A stretch of DNA of 52,993 nucleotides, filler included, from Squatina squatina (Eukaryota): assembly GCA_031763465.1 (NCBI GenBank). It is 3 parts of 3 records of this genome, joined end to end, with 100 filler letters (N's around TTAATTAATTAA, not from the genome) between each part and the next. Parts side by side here need not be neighbours in the genome. Positions count along the whole stretch, not along the records: positions 15,957 to 35,919 come from JARFOE010000013.1; positions 36,020 to 52,993 come from JARFOE010000036.1; 1 more part is not named here. One strand, written 5' to 3'. The notes under the pieces were generated by a model. That model searched no databases. It was not told the DNA's origin and worked only from the letters and a program-made list of their open reading frames with translations. The translations under genes and the position numbers were made by a program. Below are positions 24,901 to 37,504 of this stretch, in pieces (positions within the stretch are counted from its first letter, which is position 1; the number at the start of each line of letters is the position of its first letter).

Positions 24901-27900
24901 GTCCTCTTAGAACAAGGAACAGCAGGAGCCCACTTTAACCTCCAGTGTCTGCCCTGGAGCTGTCCACAGGAAGGTGCTGAAGATGACAGCCACAGATGTT
25001 CCAGGTATGCAATTATTTCAGGGCTGTAATGTATCATAATAATCAAGCCTGGGCAGATGTGACCTGCAAACTAAATAACTGACCAAAGCCTGCATGATAA
25101 CCCTGGCTTCGGTCTGTAAGTCAGGAGAGAGGTTTTGATGCCTCAGTGTTCCTCCAATCCTATACAATAAGAGGGAATGGTAGTCAAGGATGTAGCAGCT
25201 TATGTTGAATTTCAACTGCAGAATTACATTTCTGTTAGTCCCCTTTGCAAAAATAAACTGGTTTTCAGTTTCCTTTCCTTTTTTAAATAACTGTACAATT
25301 ACAACTGAATAGGATAATTAATTTTAATAATTCACATAGGATAAAATGCTGTTATCAGTTTGTTTGAAATATTGTACTTCCTGCTTTCATGGGTGGAGGG
25401 AATTAATTTTGCAATTACTTTGACATGGCAGCTGCTCTTAGCTGACATGTCAACATGCATCAGCATTTTGCTTTCCACCACAATGCCACTTTGACCTTCA
25501 GTCACAATGTGCAGTTGTGTCATGTGTTTCTATCCTGGTTCTCACTACTTCCTATTGCAAGCAAGCAAGAACCTGAGAGACTGCCTGCACAGGAAGATAA
25601 CTTTATGAGTCCCGAGGGGTCAGGGCTGCTACTTATTTGCTGCTGGCTAAACTCTCTGCTGTAAATCTGCACTAAAATCCTGAGTGTTAAATTGTGTAGA
25701 CCTTTTTTCCCCCCAGAACACGGAGAATTGTACCTCCTATTTTAAAGCTCTCATTGAAGTTACAGCCCTACAATAATCCAACTGGTACCTGCTGAGCAAT
25801 GCAGCTAAACAACATTAGTCAAATAATTCTAAACTACAGATGATATGCAGCATTTAAAAAAAATAAAGCAGCTGATTCTCTGCGTAACAACTTCATTATA
25901 ATGCATTTTAACAGAATTATATTCTTTTCTCCATTGTAACCATTTGCACATGGTGATGCTGCACTGTCCTTTAATTGACCTTGTTTGTGCTTTGGGATGG
26001 CTGCTTCCAATAGCTGCCGGCACCTATTGCAGTATTTTGAACCACGCACTAGTGACTCTGTACTGTAGCAGTGTTCAGGAATCAATACTGCATCATCAGC
26101 AGCCAATAAAGGAGCTGCCAGCATGAATTAGCTGAATGTGGCTGCTTTAACAGAGAGCTGCAGTCTTTAAGGAAAATCCTTGCGTGATTACTAGCCCCCA
26201 TCACTGAACCAATATTTTAATGCAAAGTGTGAATCTGCTGTAATTTAATTTTGGCCTGCTGGTCTGAGACACTTCTCTGCACCAGTGCCTGATGGAACCA
26301 AAGCTGGTAATGGCTAAAAACCATTACAGAATGGAGTGCAAGTNNNNNNNNNNNNNNNNNNNNNNNNNNNNNNNNNNNNNNNNNNNNNNNNNNNNNNNNN
26401 NNNNNNNNNNNNNNNNNNNNNNNNNNNNNNNNNNNNNNNNNNNNNNNNNNNNNNNNNNNNNNNNNNNNNNNNNNNNNNNNNNNNNNNNGTGTGCTTCCTC
26501 CCCCCGCACCCACCCATCTCTCTGTCTGCCGCCCTTTCCTTCTCCCTCTCTGATTAAATGCTTTTACATTTACTGCCTACACCAAGCTGAACATTCACAG
26601 CACATTCATTCACTTAGGTCTTATCCCCATAAAAATCAGCTGCAAGTCTCCTCAAGGACTTTTTCAAGATCATGACCTTACACAGAGTAATCATTAGACA
26701 GACTTATTATTATTTTGCTAATTAATCCAAAACAACTTTGATTTCCTATGGCTCTTTCCTGCTGAGCAGCGATTTGATTGTACCCATGTTGACAAACAAA
26801 GAGTCACAAATTCTGCTTCATTTATCATTTGACACGGACTGTGTCAGTCTGCTTGCTCATGCGTTAATTGGTGGGGGTGGGTAGCAGCATAAAAGGCCAG
26901 CAGAAACGGGTAAAAAAATGCTGCATTTTAAATTCTGTCCCAGCCCATAAGGTAAGACAAAAGCAGTAGGATATACTAACAGCATCTTAGCCAATTNNNN
27001 NNNNNNGTATAATCTATCTGGTTTGTGAGCCTCAGTTTTACATGAGATGCACTCAGGCAATGATTTTAATATTAACAGACTGGAAGCCATGTTCACACTG
27101 TGCAGAGCCATTGTCTTGTGAACATCTAACTAAGTGACTTTAATTTCATATGTATCTTTGCATTATGGAGACCACTGCTTCTTTAATCATAGAAACGCCA
27201 GTGTTTATTACAACCAGTACAGCGATTGCATGGTAAAGATGGCTGGAAGTTTCAGTACAAAATAATTTGTTTCACAAATACAACTTAGTAACTATGTCTT
27301 GGAAATTGGAGGTGTTAGCGCTGGCCGTTAGGCCACCTCACTTTCGCCCGCTTTTGGTGGGTCAAGCGGCGGCTGCCATTTTTGGCAGTTCGGCAGCGCT
27401 GCCAATGTCCGTGCTCACTGAAGAGATTTAAATGATGCAGATCATGACATCAGTGAGTATGCAAAGCTCACTTGATGCCCGATCTGTCATTTTCGTGTTC
27501 GCCACTCCACTTACTGGCCTGTGCTAATTACAACCAGCTCACCAAGCATTCAGTAGCAGGAAGGAGCCTCCAACAGTGAAATTTAAACGTTGCATCAGCA
27601 ATTACTTGCAGCTGACATGGTTTTTCAGTTTGACTGACTCTGTTTAACTTTCTACAACTCTTGCAGCTTTCTAAACTTGTTTCAAGTTCCTCAGGTGACA
27701 GGGAGTGTNNNNNNNNNNNNNNNNNNNNNNNNNNNNNNNNNNNNNNNNNNNNNNNNNNNNNNNNNNNNNNNNNNNNNNNNNNNNNNNNNNNNNNNNNNNN
27801 NNNNNNNNTCAATACACCCAGTCAGGAAAATCAGACTTTATAAAAGCACAGACTTGAAAGGACAAGAAAGGAACATTTGGTTTATTTTTCCTTTTGATTA

Positions 27901-28960
27901 TTTTTAATTATTTTACTTTAAATCAAAAACACGCATACATTTTCTTTATTCATCCTGGGGGAAATTACTTTAATATTAAATAGAAATACTATGTCTCTGA
28001 ATACAACTCAATGGCAATGACATGGCAATAATAAGCAGCAAGTGTCTAATGAGTCATTGCTATTAATGTCTAGTGATATTCCCCACCTCCAAAATAGGCA
28101 GGGAACCAAAGACAGCTTGAAGATTTAAGCAGGTCCGTACTAAATGCTCTCATAGACCGGCTCACTGGCCTTCTGGAAAATCATTAAAAGAAAAAAGCGC
28201 ATCAGCAGTGTGGTACAGCAAACCATCTGACATCCCTAATCTATAACTGCTGCATAAATAAAAATATGGATATAATTACAGAATACAATCAAATATAGGC
28301 ACCTATTACATTAATACGGCATTTAAAAAAAAAGTCATAACAGGGGGAGTTTCCAGGGACAAAGTATTTCTCAGTGATAGCGATTTAATGCTTAATCATT
28401 GCAGCTCTATCAGGGTAATTAGGCATGCTTACAATGTAAATAAAGTCTCGCCCAATGAGCCACCTCCCATGTGTGTGACTTTGATAGTCGACTTGTCTTT
28501 AAAACTAGTGAACCAAACCGCTTGCTGGATATTACCTCTGCATAGCAAACACATGAAAGCACACACGCAGTTAAGTACACAAGGCTGAGCTCATTTTGCT
28601 TTTTGCGATTCTGTCCGTTCCTCGCGGCACTATTTCCAAATCAATTGTGAAAGTAGACCGAGGGCAGCTGTCAGCAACAGGGAAGTCAACGTTTGCTCAA
28701 TGTTATGCGGCATATTATGATTTAATAAAACAAGTTTACCACTTGAATCCTATTCTGAGTGAGCAGAGCTGTTCCCACGGAGCTGACAGTTCCTTTGTCA
28801 ACAAGACTTTCATTTGTGGATGCTCTTTAGAAAGACTCTGTTAAAAAACCCCACCTATGTNNNNNNNNNNNNNNNNNNNNNNNNNNNNNNNNNNNNNNNN
28901 NNNNNNNNNNNNNNNNNNNNNNNNNNNNNNNNNNNNNNNNNNNNNNNNNNNNNNNNNNNN

Positions 28961-29064
28961 CAGTGACTACATTTCAAAAAGTACTTCATTGGCTGTAAAG
29001 CGCTTTGAGATGTCCGGTAGTCATGAAAGGCGCTATAGAAATGCAAGTCTTTCTTTTTCTTTTC
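28961..29064 (+). mobile_element. SINE 3' tail (L2-derived tail of the Deu-domain/SacSINE1-like family)
   Basis: aagtacttcattggctgtaaagcgctttgag...tgaaaggcgctatagaaatgcaagtctttctttt is the reverse complement of the tail at 46690-46770. Confidence 0.7.
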
Positions 29065-29094
29065 TAACACTTCAGACTTGAGTAGTAGTGTGTT

Positions 29095-29570
29095 GTGCAG
29101 AATTTGAGCACATGTTTTTTTGGAAGGCTCACAGGTCTTTCCAATTTGGGATGTCATTTCCTCAAAAAAGTCGAGGAGATTGGTCAAGCAAGATCTCCCC
29201 CTTCTGAGTCCATCATGGCTATTGTTTACTGAGTTATCATATCGATTAATCTCAAGTTTACCTCTGATAAACATTCTATTTGTTTACTCAGTATTGAAGC
29301 ATGACTAATGGGCCCATAGTTGCCTGGGTCTGTTTTGCCACCTTCTTTGAAAATGGCACCATGTTAGCCTGTTTCCAAGGGATATCTCCAGAGTTCACCA
29401 ATTCCCTCATATTCAAGGCTCACAGATCCCTTCCAATGATCTCCTTTATGCTCTTAGATAAATGTCCATCTCCAGGTAAGCAGATCACGATTTTAGCCTT
29501 GAGTCTTAATGACAGTAACTCCATCATCTGTCCTGAGCTAAAAGTCCCCTCCGATGACATGTTCAAAGAT
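29095..29570 (-). mobile_element. Old CR1 LINE reverse transcriptase fragment
   Basis: Minus-strand translation GLRRGRSCLTNLLDFFEEMT is the CR1 RT motif GFxxGRSCLTNLLxFFE. Confidence 0.75.
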
Positions 29571-29574
29571 CATT

Positions 29575-29900
29575 ACAGATGATGAAGACCATTCGACCCA
29601 TATTAGTTCATCCATCCAGAAATCCTCTACAGTTCCTCCCGTGGCAATAGCCAATTGGTTCTTAAATGCATACAGGATTTTGCCTCCATAGATATATCTG
29701 GGAGAATTTATCATTCTCTGCATGAAGAAGAACTTCCTGATATCAGCCCTAAAATTACCTTTTGCAAGTTTGAGCCTAAGTCCCCTTATCCTATTTCCAT
29801 AATTTAAATTAAAGTAATATTCAAATGTACCTTTTCCATGCCATTTGCTAATGTATATACCTTTACAAGGTCAACTCTTTGCCAGACTGAAAAGCACAGC
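29575..29900 (-). mobile_element. Old CR1 LINE 3' end
   Basis: Reverse-complement homologue of the CR1 3' end at 6630-6990 (gatgaagaccattcgaccc...gttcatccatcc; aagaagaacttcctgatatc). Confidence 0.55.
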
Positions 29901-29914
29901 CCAGGAAACCCTGG

Positions 29915-30008
29915 TCGAAAATCAGCCATGACCTTATTGAAAGGCGGAGCAGGTTTGAGGGCCATATGACCTACTCCTGCTCCTACTTCTTAATTCTTAT
30001 GTTCTTAA
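29915..30008 (+). mobile_element. CR1 3' tail with (ttcttatg)-type terminal microsatellite
   Basis: atcagccatgaccttattgaaaggcggagcagg...cctactcctgctcctacttcttaattcttatgttctta. Confidence 0.65.
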
Positions 30009-30795
30009 TTGATATAAATTAAATATTAGGATGCATCTGATCCTAAGCACTTTTGAGCTTATATTATTAGTAGAATTAGGATTTTTGCACTCTCTTCAAT
30101 CTCTCTCATCTCAGAATCCTCCCAAACATACTCCATAAACCTCTTACTACTTTCTAAACAGATTTCACAATTCTTAAATTTCAACATCTTCATGTTTTGG
30201 AGTGTGTCGGGCAGTTACTGCAATGCAAATACAATGCAAAAATTTTAATAATCATTGAAATACTGCACATCATCATTTTACTCTTTAAATTCTACAAGGT
30301 AATAAATACAACTCAAAAGCTCATGTATAGGAAGTGTTGGAAACTTAGCCAAGTCTTTTGTGTAATTAATTTCCAATCATATCTTGCCACCTTTTTTCCA
30401 AACATTGTCTTTACGAGTAATTTGTTCACTGCTCTTCTGCTTCCACAGATCTCGCTTTGTTTATTATGATACGATAATGTATGCCCGTTTTGTAACTGCC
30501 TAGGAAAGTCCACTCTTGACGTTATACCTATGGAGTGTAGTGCAAGTTATGTTTTACGCTGGAACATCGCACCTAGTGGCCAAGCAGATCATTTATAAAG
30601 TTCATCACATCTGCATGTTTGCTAATGGGTTCTACCATCGCCCAAGACTCTGACTGACTTGGTTGGTATGTAAAGGTCAAAGTGGAAAACTTTCCATAGA
30701 AACCATTCCAATGATAGTGTGGATAATAATTCATACTGAAAGGGATAAAACTCGTTAGGATAATTGATTATTTTTGTTTCTGAAAATGTCCAATT

Positions 30796-31050
30796 ATCAT
30801 AGAATCATAGAATGGTACAACACAGAGGCCATTTGGCCCATCGTGGCTCTGCCGGCTCTTTGGTAGAGCTATCCAATTAATCCCACTCCCCTGCTCTTTC
30901 CCCACAGCCCTGTAAATATTTTCCCTTCAAGTATTTATCCAATTCTCTACTGAATATCACTAATGAATCTGCTTCAACCACCCTTTCAAGCCGTGCATTC
31001 CAGATCACAATAACTCGCTGTGTAAAAATATGTTTCCCCATGTCGCCTCT
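30796..31050 (-). mobile_element. CR1 LINE 3' end
   Basis: (atcataga)n terminal repeat and minus-strand translation FTQRVIVIWNARLERVVEADSLVIFSRELDKYL. Confidence 0.8.
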
Positions 31051-31052
31051 GA

Positions 31053-31273
31053 TTAAGAACATAAGAGCATAAAAATAGGAGCAGAGGTAGGCCATTCAGC
31101 CCCTCGAGTCTGTTCCGCCATTCAATATGATCAAGGCTGATTTTCTACCTCAACGCCATTTTCCTGCACTATCCCCATATCCCTTGATGCCTTTAATATT
31201 GAGAAATCTATCAATTGCTGTTTTGAATGTATCCAATGATTGATCCTCCACAGCCCTCTGGGGTAGAGAATTC
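31053..31273 (-). mobile_element. CR1 LINE 3' end (second subfamily)
   Basis: taagaacataagagcataaaaataggagcagaggtaggccattcagcccctcgag terminal signature. Confidence 0.75.
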
Positions 31274-34200
31274 NNNNNNNNNNNNNNNNNNNNNNNNNNN
31301 NNNNNNNNNNNNNNNNNNNNNNNNNNNNNNNNNNNNNNNNNNNNNNNNNNNNNNNNNNNNNNNNNNNNNNNNNTTGTTACACAATTTCTTGTGGAAGCAC
31401 ATAAGAGTTGCCTTATTCATTTAAAATGATCACCAATAACAGCTAATGTCCAAAGAATGTGGGAATGACAAAGGTGTAATATTATTGTGGATGCTTATAT
31501 ATATTTTCCATTTTCTATACTTCAAAAAGTGATTTGAAATATAATAACGTAAGTCAATTCTGAAATAAATATATCTCAATTCACAATACTACGATGTGAA
31601 GATTAGAAATTAATCTAGTTGGGACGCATTAATTCTTAGGCTGTCAGGGTACTCTTCATCCAACTAAATCATTAGGGAAATCCAAGGGCTTGGGGACAGG
31701 CATGTAATTGTGATAACTCTCCACACATCAGGATGGCTGATCATATATCCCAGCTGAGACCTATGAGGGCAGGGGGCCCCTCTATTATGGGGAGAGGGAA
31801 TGAGCATGGGGTCAGCAGCGTGACGATGTAAAAAGGGACAAAGGTACAGAACCTGCCACAGCAGATAAGCAAACTGATTGCTCACAGTTGCAATCAACAT
31901 GGTATAACATACTTCAGTAAAGCATAGCAGGAAACAAGCTCAAGAGAGCACATAAAAAGCCATTGTTAACCAAAAATACAATTCAAAAAACAATGCAGTA
32001 AAAATGTTGCACTTAAAGATTTGTGTGCAAAATTTTTAAGCAGACCTGGCTCTTGATGTGAACTAATGACACCAAAATAAATCAGTTAAAGTGCAATCAA
32101 TTAACATTTAAAAGCTGAGTACCCTTGTTTCCCAGTGATCTGCCTGTCAATTCCATACATTTAAAATTAACCTGTCAGCAATTGTTGCTTGCTGAGTCAA
32201 TACTGTTGTACAGTTGATCAAGATGCCTTTTCAATTTTCAAAGTACATTCAATTACTACAAAATATTTTCTAATTATTGTTAATTTTCACAATAGCTTTT
32301 CAGGACATTTCAATACTGTCCTTTTTGATTCAAAGAATCCACAAAATAACCAATTGATCTGTACAGCATTTCAAGAGCTGCTGTAAGGTAATGGTTACAA
32401 ACAAAAAATGCTGTAAAAACTCAGCAGGTCAGGCAGCATCTGTGGAGAGAAAAACAGAGTCAACGTNNNNNNNNNNNNNNNNNNNNNNNNNNNNNNNNNN
32501 NNNNNNNNNNNNNNNNNNNNNNNNNNNNNNNNNNNNNNNNNNNNNNNNNNNNNNNNNNNNNNNNNNAGCTTTGATGGGCCATCCTGATCATCCTTTACCC
32601 TCTTTAAAGTTGGCTCCTCACGCTCATAAGTTGTATTCTTGGGATGCCAAGGGGCAGGCGTGCGTCAACGCCACTATTCCCTTCAAGCTGTGGGGCCACG
32701 TGGCCGCACAGCGTCTGCAGGATCCATACAGCCAGTGAGCTGGTTTTTAAATAGAAAAAAACACGCATGCGTGAAATTCTGAATGGCCCGCCCAGCCCGT
32801 TAAAGGGGGACAACACAGGCCAAAGAAAAAATTAGCGGGAACATTGGTCAAGACTGTAAATGGCTCGGGCCAGGAACATTATGCTTCCTTCTCCCATTGC
32901 AAGTGCAGAGCACCTCCAGCACGCTGTGCTATTCACTTGCCCAGCGGGGGCGAAGAGAGGAAAGTCACCCCCGAAAAATCTAAAGGTTATGCTCTGTGAA
33001 TTTGCACTACTACCCAAGAAATTATCTTCCTAAATTCTGTCCCATGTATCCTTTGTCATCAACTTTTATCAGAAATAGCCCAACAGCTGCTAATGAAGAG
33101 CTTCATCTGTAATGCTTATTGACCTTGACCTTGGTGCTTTGTGAGCGATGCTCAGCAGGTCTCAGGCTGCTATTGTCCATAGTCACCCTCCAGTTTCCTT
33201 GAGTATGTATAGCACTTAATGCATTTCCTTCGCAAGTCCAATGCGTCTGTTGTGCCTGTTTTGATGCTAATAGCTTTGTACCAGCGTCTTGGTCAGTTAT
33301 GGAGCATCATTCATTTCTTTCTTGCTCTGAAAATAAAAAATGTGTCGGACATTTAGCAAGGGAAAGACAAAGGCNNNNNNNNNNCCGCAGAATACTACAA
33401 AATGAATATCAAATGTGTGACGGAAATGCCCGCAGATTAATTTAACTACAGCTACAAGACTACAAACATTTGAGGTCCTTGAAAACTAAGTGACAATAAG
33501 AAAACATTTTCTCTAACAATGTTATCAATTATTTACTACAGATAACAATTAGAAATTCTCACAGTTGTTTGATGCCAGAGATAGATCTAACAAATGTTGG
33601 CACTGCTTGGAAGACAGTGCATACCAAACCCACAGAAAACCTCATACTGTGCGTACAACAGAGGATTTCCAAATGCTTATCACCCTCATTTTAAAGAACA
33701 GCTTGTGACTCTCCCCTCCCCCCCCCACCATAGTGATATGATTCACATTCCAGTTTTGCAGTATTAAAATCAATAAGGCCCTCTACTGGCAGGATTGCAT
33801 CAACTCAATCANNNNNNNNNNNNNNNNNNNNNNNNNNNNNNNNNNNNNNNNNNNNNNNNNNNNNNNNNNNNNNNNNNNNNNNNNNNNNNNNNNNNNNNNN
33901 NNNNNNNNNNNAGTGAAGGGACAGTGACTGAGAACAAGGACCTGGCTGGTTTTACTCCTCCCTCGTTTAGAGGCAATGAAACCAATTGTAGCCCCCCAAC
34001 CCCTGCCCTGAATAAGATCAGCTGACTCAGCACAGGCCAGTTTGTAGGCTCCCTATCACATTGGCCAGTGAATTTATCAACTGAGACTGAGGCATTGGAA
34101 AAGAATGGATCTTGGTTAATGCTAATTGTAAATGGCTGGGTTTCTTTGTGAAAATTGCACTGACAAATTTTCCATTAATAATGTACTTACACAGTTTTCT

Positions 34201-35963
34201 GATTCTATCCTACATTCCTCATCTGAATGGATCGGCGTGATTCCAAAAGGTCTGTGAAAACACTGTCACTTGAGAGTTAGCTGAACAAAAAGGTATTTTA
34301 ATATTATAATGATGCTTCTGTACACTGTGCACACATAATTATCTGGAGTAAATAGAGAATTTTTCCATTACATTAAAAATCCATTAAAAAAAAAATTGAG
34401 GAAAAATATTCATTCAATGTTATGTATCACTTTCATTTATTTTATGGTGCTTAGACTTGGAGAAATCTACTTAGAAAATGAAGCTGTTCTGATTTTGTCT
34501 GTATATAGTCTAACATCTCAGAACTCTGCAGCACTATTTACACAGTGAGGTTTGGTACAAGTGGTTTGGTACAGGCTAATAAGTTCAACTTCTTCTTACA
34601 CAGACTTCAGATCATATATAAAAAAAAATCCTCTAAATATCCTACTCTCTTCTAAAGTGCCTACGTAGGCATGTCACTGCCAGTAATCACAGAAAGGTGA
34701 CCACATTTGTAATCGGATCATTGGCTAAAACGAATGAGTCAATCTGATCAATATAAACTGCATATGCAGCAAAGAGCTCTTAATGGCTCTTAATCTCCAT
34801 TAGGTTGAGTGGAGGAAGTCAGAGGAAGCTGCATCGCTTTTCACCCCATTTNNNNNNNNNNNNNNNNNNNNNNNNNNNNNNNNNNNNNNNNNNNNNNNNN
34901 NNNNNNNNNNNNNNNNNNNNNNNNNNNNNNNNNNNNNNNNNNNNNNNNNNNGCAGAAATTTACCCAAAACGGGTGCTCCTCCCAGCCGACAATCTCATAC
35001 TTGACCAATACACACAGCCTGGAAGATGTATCTCCCTCACAGATTCTCAAAATGGTGAAACTCTCATTTAATATTGCTGTTATCACATAAACACGTCATC
35101 ATCTCCCTCTCATTCTTTCATAACCATAAGAGGTATTTTATCAGTGTGCACTTGTGTCTGAGTCATATATCATAGCCTGTCAATATCTGTAAGGCCCTGT
35201 AATGCCATTAAGTTTGTGGCTGTCATGGTTTCACAGCGGATAGCCGCAAAAGTCATGAAATTCTTGTTGAAACTGTAGCAGCAAAGGATATAAAATTGAA
35301 CGTTGTACTTCAGTGATAAATGGCAGTAGTTGTAATGCAGGCACAGTTCCTTTATGCAGTATGAACTACTCCCTTTCTGTTGCTCAAGATTCACAGTGCA
35401 AAGAGACACGGTTATTATGGTATTTAGGCTGTCTCTCTGTCACAATTAGAATGAGAAAAGGAGCCTGTGAAAAATATCAACAGCTTCAGGATGCAAAAAC
35501 CACAGCATCATGTCAGCTGGTGATCCTGCCAAACATCGTGGAAAATTCCCCAGCACTGTTATTTCAAATGAACTCTGCAATTTTGAGCTCTTTTCAAATA
35601 CTATACCCAGAAAACAATTACTGTGAATTACCATAGATTTTGTTGTCAGAAAATTTGCCATTGAGTCTCTGGGTAGCAGTAATATGTTTATTGGTATGAC
35701 AGGAGTAGTTTTCTTGTGGCTGAGCAGACAATGGAGAGTTCCTAAAGAACCCAGCTATTTTTGATAGTACGCCCTCTGGTGCATCAGTTAAATTCATTTG
35801 CTTTAGTATTCCCCAAATAGTTCATATAGGCAAACTCATCGCCGAATAAATTGGACGTTGACGTGTCCATTTTTCGAACATGAAATAGATGAAACAGGGT
35901 CCAAAATCGGATTGCAATCNNNNNNNNNNNNNNNNNNNNNNNNNNNNNNNNNNNNNNNNNNNN

Positions 35964-35975
35964 TTAATTAATTAA
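35964..35975. other. Artificial six-frame-stop scaffold linker TTAATTAATTAA
   Basis: Same 44N-TTAATTAATTAA-44N structure as at 15901. Confidence 0.95.
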
Positions 35976-36473
35976 NNNNNNNNNNNNNNNNNNNNNNNNN
36001 NNNNNNNNNNNNNNNNNNNATTTAGCAAGTCAAAGCCAAGTCAGCAGCAGACTCCATGCTGGACTGGCAGCTTCCACACTAATACTGGGCAAAAGGATTA
36101 AAAAAAGCTTGCTGGCAGCTCAATCCAAGAGGTAGAATCTCCTCTCTAAACCCCAAGGATGGCCTCAGCAGAGCCACTAGACACAAGCCTTCCTGTCTGG
36201 GGCATGTAGGATGGGGAGGAGAGACTGGGCAGAAGGTGGTACACACAACCGTAGATAGTTGCAGCAGAGGAGGCCGCCATTTGGCCCAGGAACTTGCTAG
36301 AGCAATCCAAAACTCAGCCAATGCCCTGGCCACACTCATCTGGGTTGAATCATAAACGCTGGGGATAAAACAATTCTTTAAAACCCCGCTTTGTCTGTAA
36401 TATCTAGCAGATTCACTGATTCTCAGCCACTGCAGGTTAATCTGTGCCCTCAATTAGGTCACGTCCTTCATAC

Positions 36474-36556
36474 CTTTCTCATGATCTTGCGTCCGTAGAA
36501 CATCACTTTGTCACGTTTTCGGAATCTGTATTTTGGAGTTTCCTGAGCTTGAATTT
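36474..36556 (-). CDS. PNPLA6: Neuropathy target esterase family exon, (E/K)[27 protein letters not shown]
   Basis: 83-nt exon with CAG acceptor and GTATGA donor. YRFRKRDKV(L/M)FYGRKIMRK is the juxtamembrane motif of PNPLA6/PNPLA7. PNPLA6 is preferred over PNPLA7 on synteny with MAP2K7 and PKN1, not on sequence. Confidence 0.85.
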
Positions 36557-37465
36557 CTGAGGAACAGCAACAAATACACAAGCAATCTGTGAGGCTGGAC
36601 AAAAATAACTTCCAAAATGAAACCTGCTTTTCCAAAAAGAGCGAAGGTTTGCGTTTCCCATATCTGGAGTCAGCATAACTGAATATACCAGGGCGCAATC
36701 ACACCCCATTATAGCCGTCAGCTTATTTTGATATCTATTCAATAATTAATCAATACTTCAAGGGGCCTCTGAATCAGGGCTGCTTCAGGCACTGGTTCTT
36801 TAGTATGAGTCAGCTCTGACACAGCCAACATACTTTGCAAAATGGATTACCATGCCGAGACGGATTTGGTTCGCAGAGTTCGATGAATGCTTGCAAAAGA
36901 ACTTGGCCCCAGAAATCTGCCCTTGCGAGGCTATAAATGTAATGTCGGCCCAAGGCCGGGCCTGGCACATCCAGAGATTGCAGTATGTCTGGCAGAGTCN
37001 NNNNNNNNNNNNNNNNNNNNNNNNNNNNNNNNNNNNNNNNNNNNNNNNNNNNNNNNNNNNNNNNNNNNNNNNNNNNNNNNNNNNNNNNNNNNNNNNNNNG
37101 ACATACTTGGATCCTGGTTAACTGCGTTTGGTTAAGTGGCAATAAATCCACAAAGAATGACAGGGACATGCAGAGTTAAGAGTTTTAATGAGCCAAATGT
37201 AGATGAATCAAGCCATTTGGACCATTCATGCAACACACATGCCACTACCCAATCTAAGACGTACACACAAACGATGGGTCTGAGGGAAGACTTACATTTT
37301 CCCCAGATAGGCACACCCCAAAACTCTCAAATCCAGGAAAAGCCCGCAGGGTCACACACATGCTCATTCTCAGTCAGCACCTCCAGAACTCAGCACAGAG
37401 AGACCAACACAAGCTTCAAAACAACACCTCGGTAATAAGCCATTGTGCCGTTTTGCATGATGTAC

Positions 37466-37504
37466 CTCCAAATCCTCCGCCTGGTGAGCTTCATTCTGCC
37501 CCAT
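37466..37504 (-). CDS. PNPLA6: Candidate first coding exon of PNPLA6, MGQNEAHQAEDLE (an upstream in-frame ATG would add MGGLDSELKR)
   Basis: agaATGg start, GAG|GTACAT donor and an upstream pyrimidine-rich acceptor. Correct strand and position upstream of the 36474-36556 exon. The transmembrane exon expected between them is not visible (gap). Confidence 0.45.
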
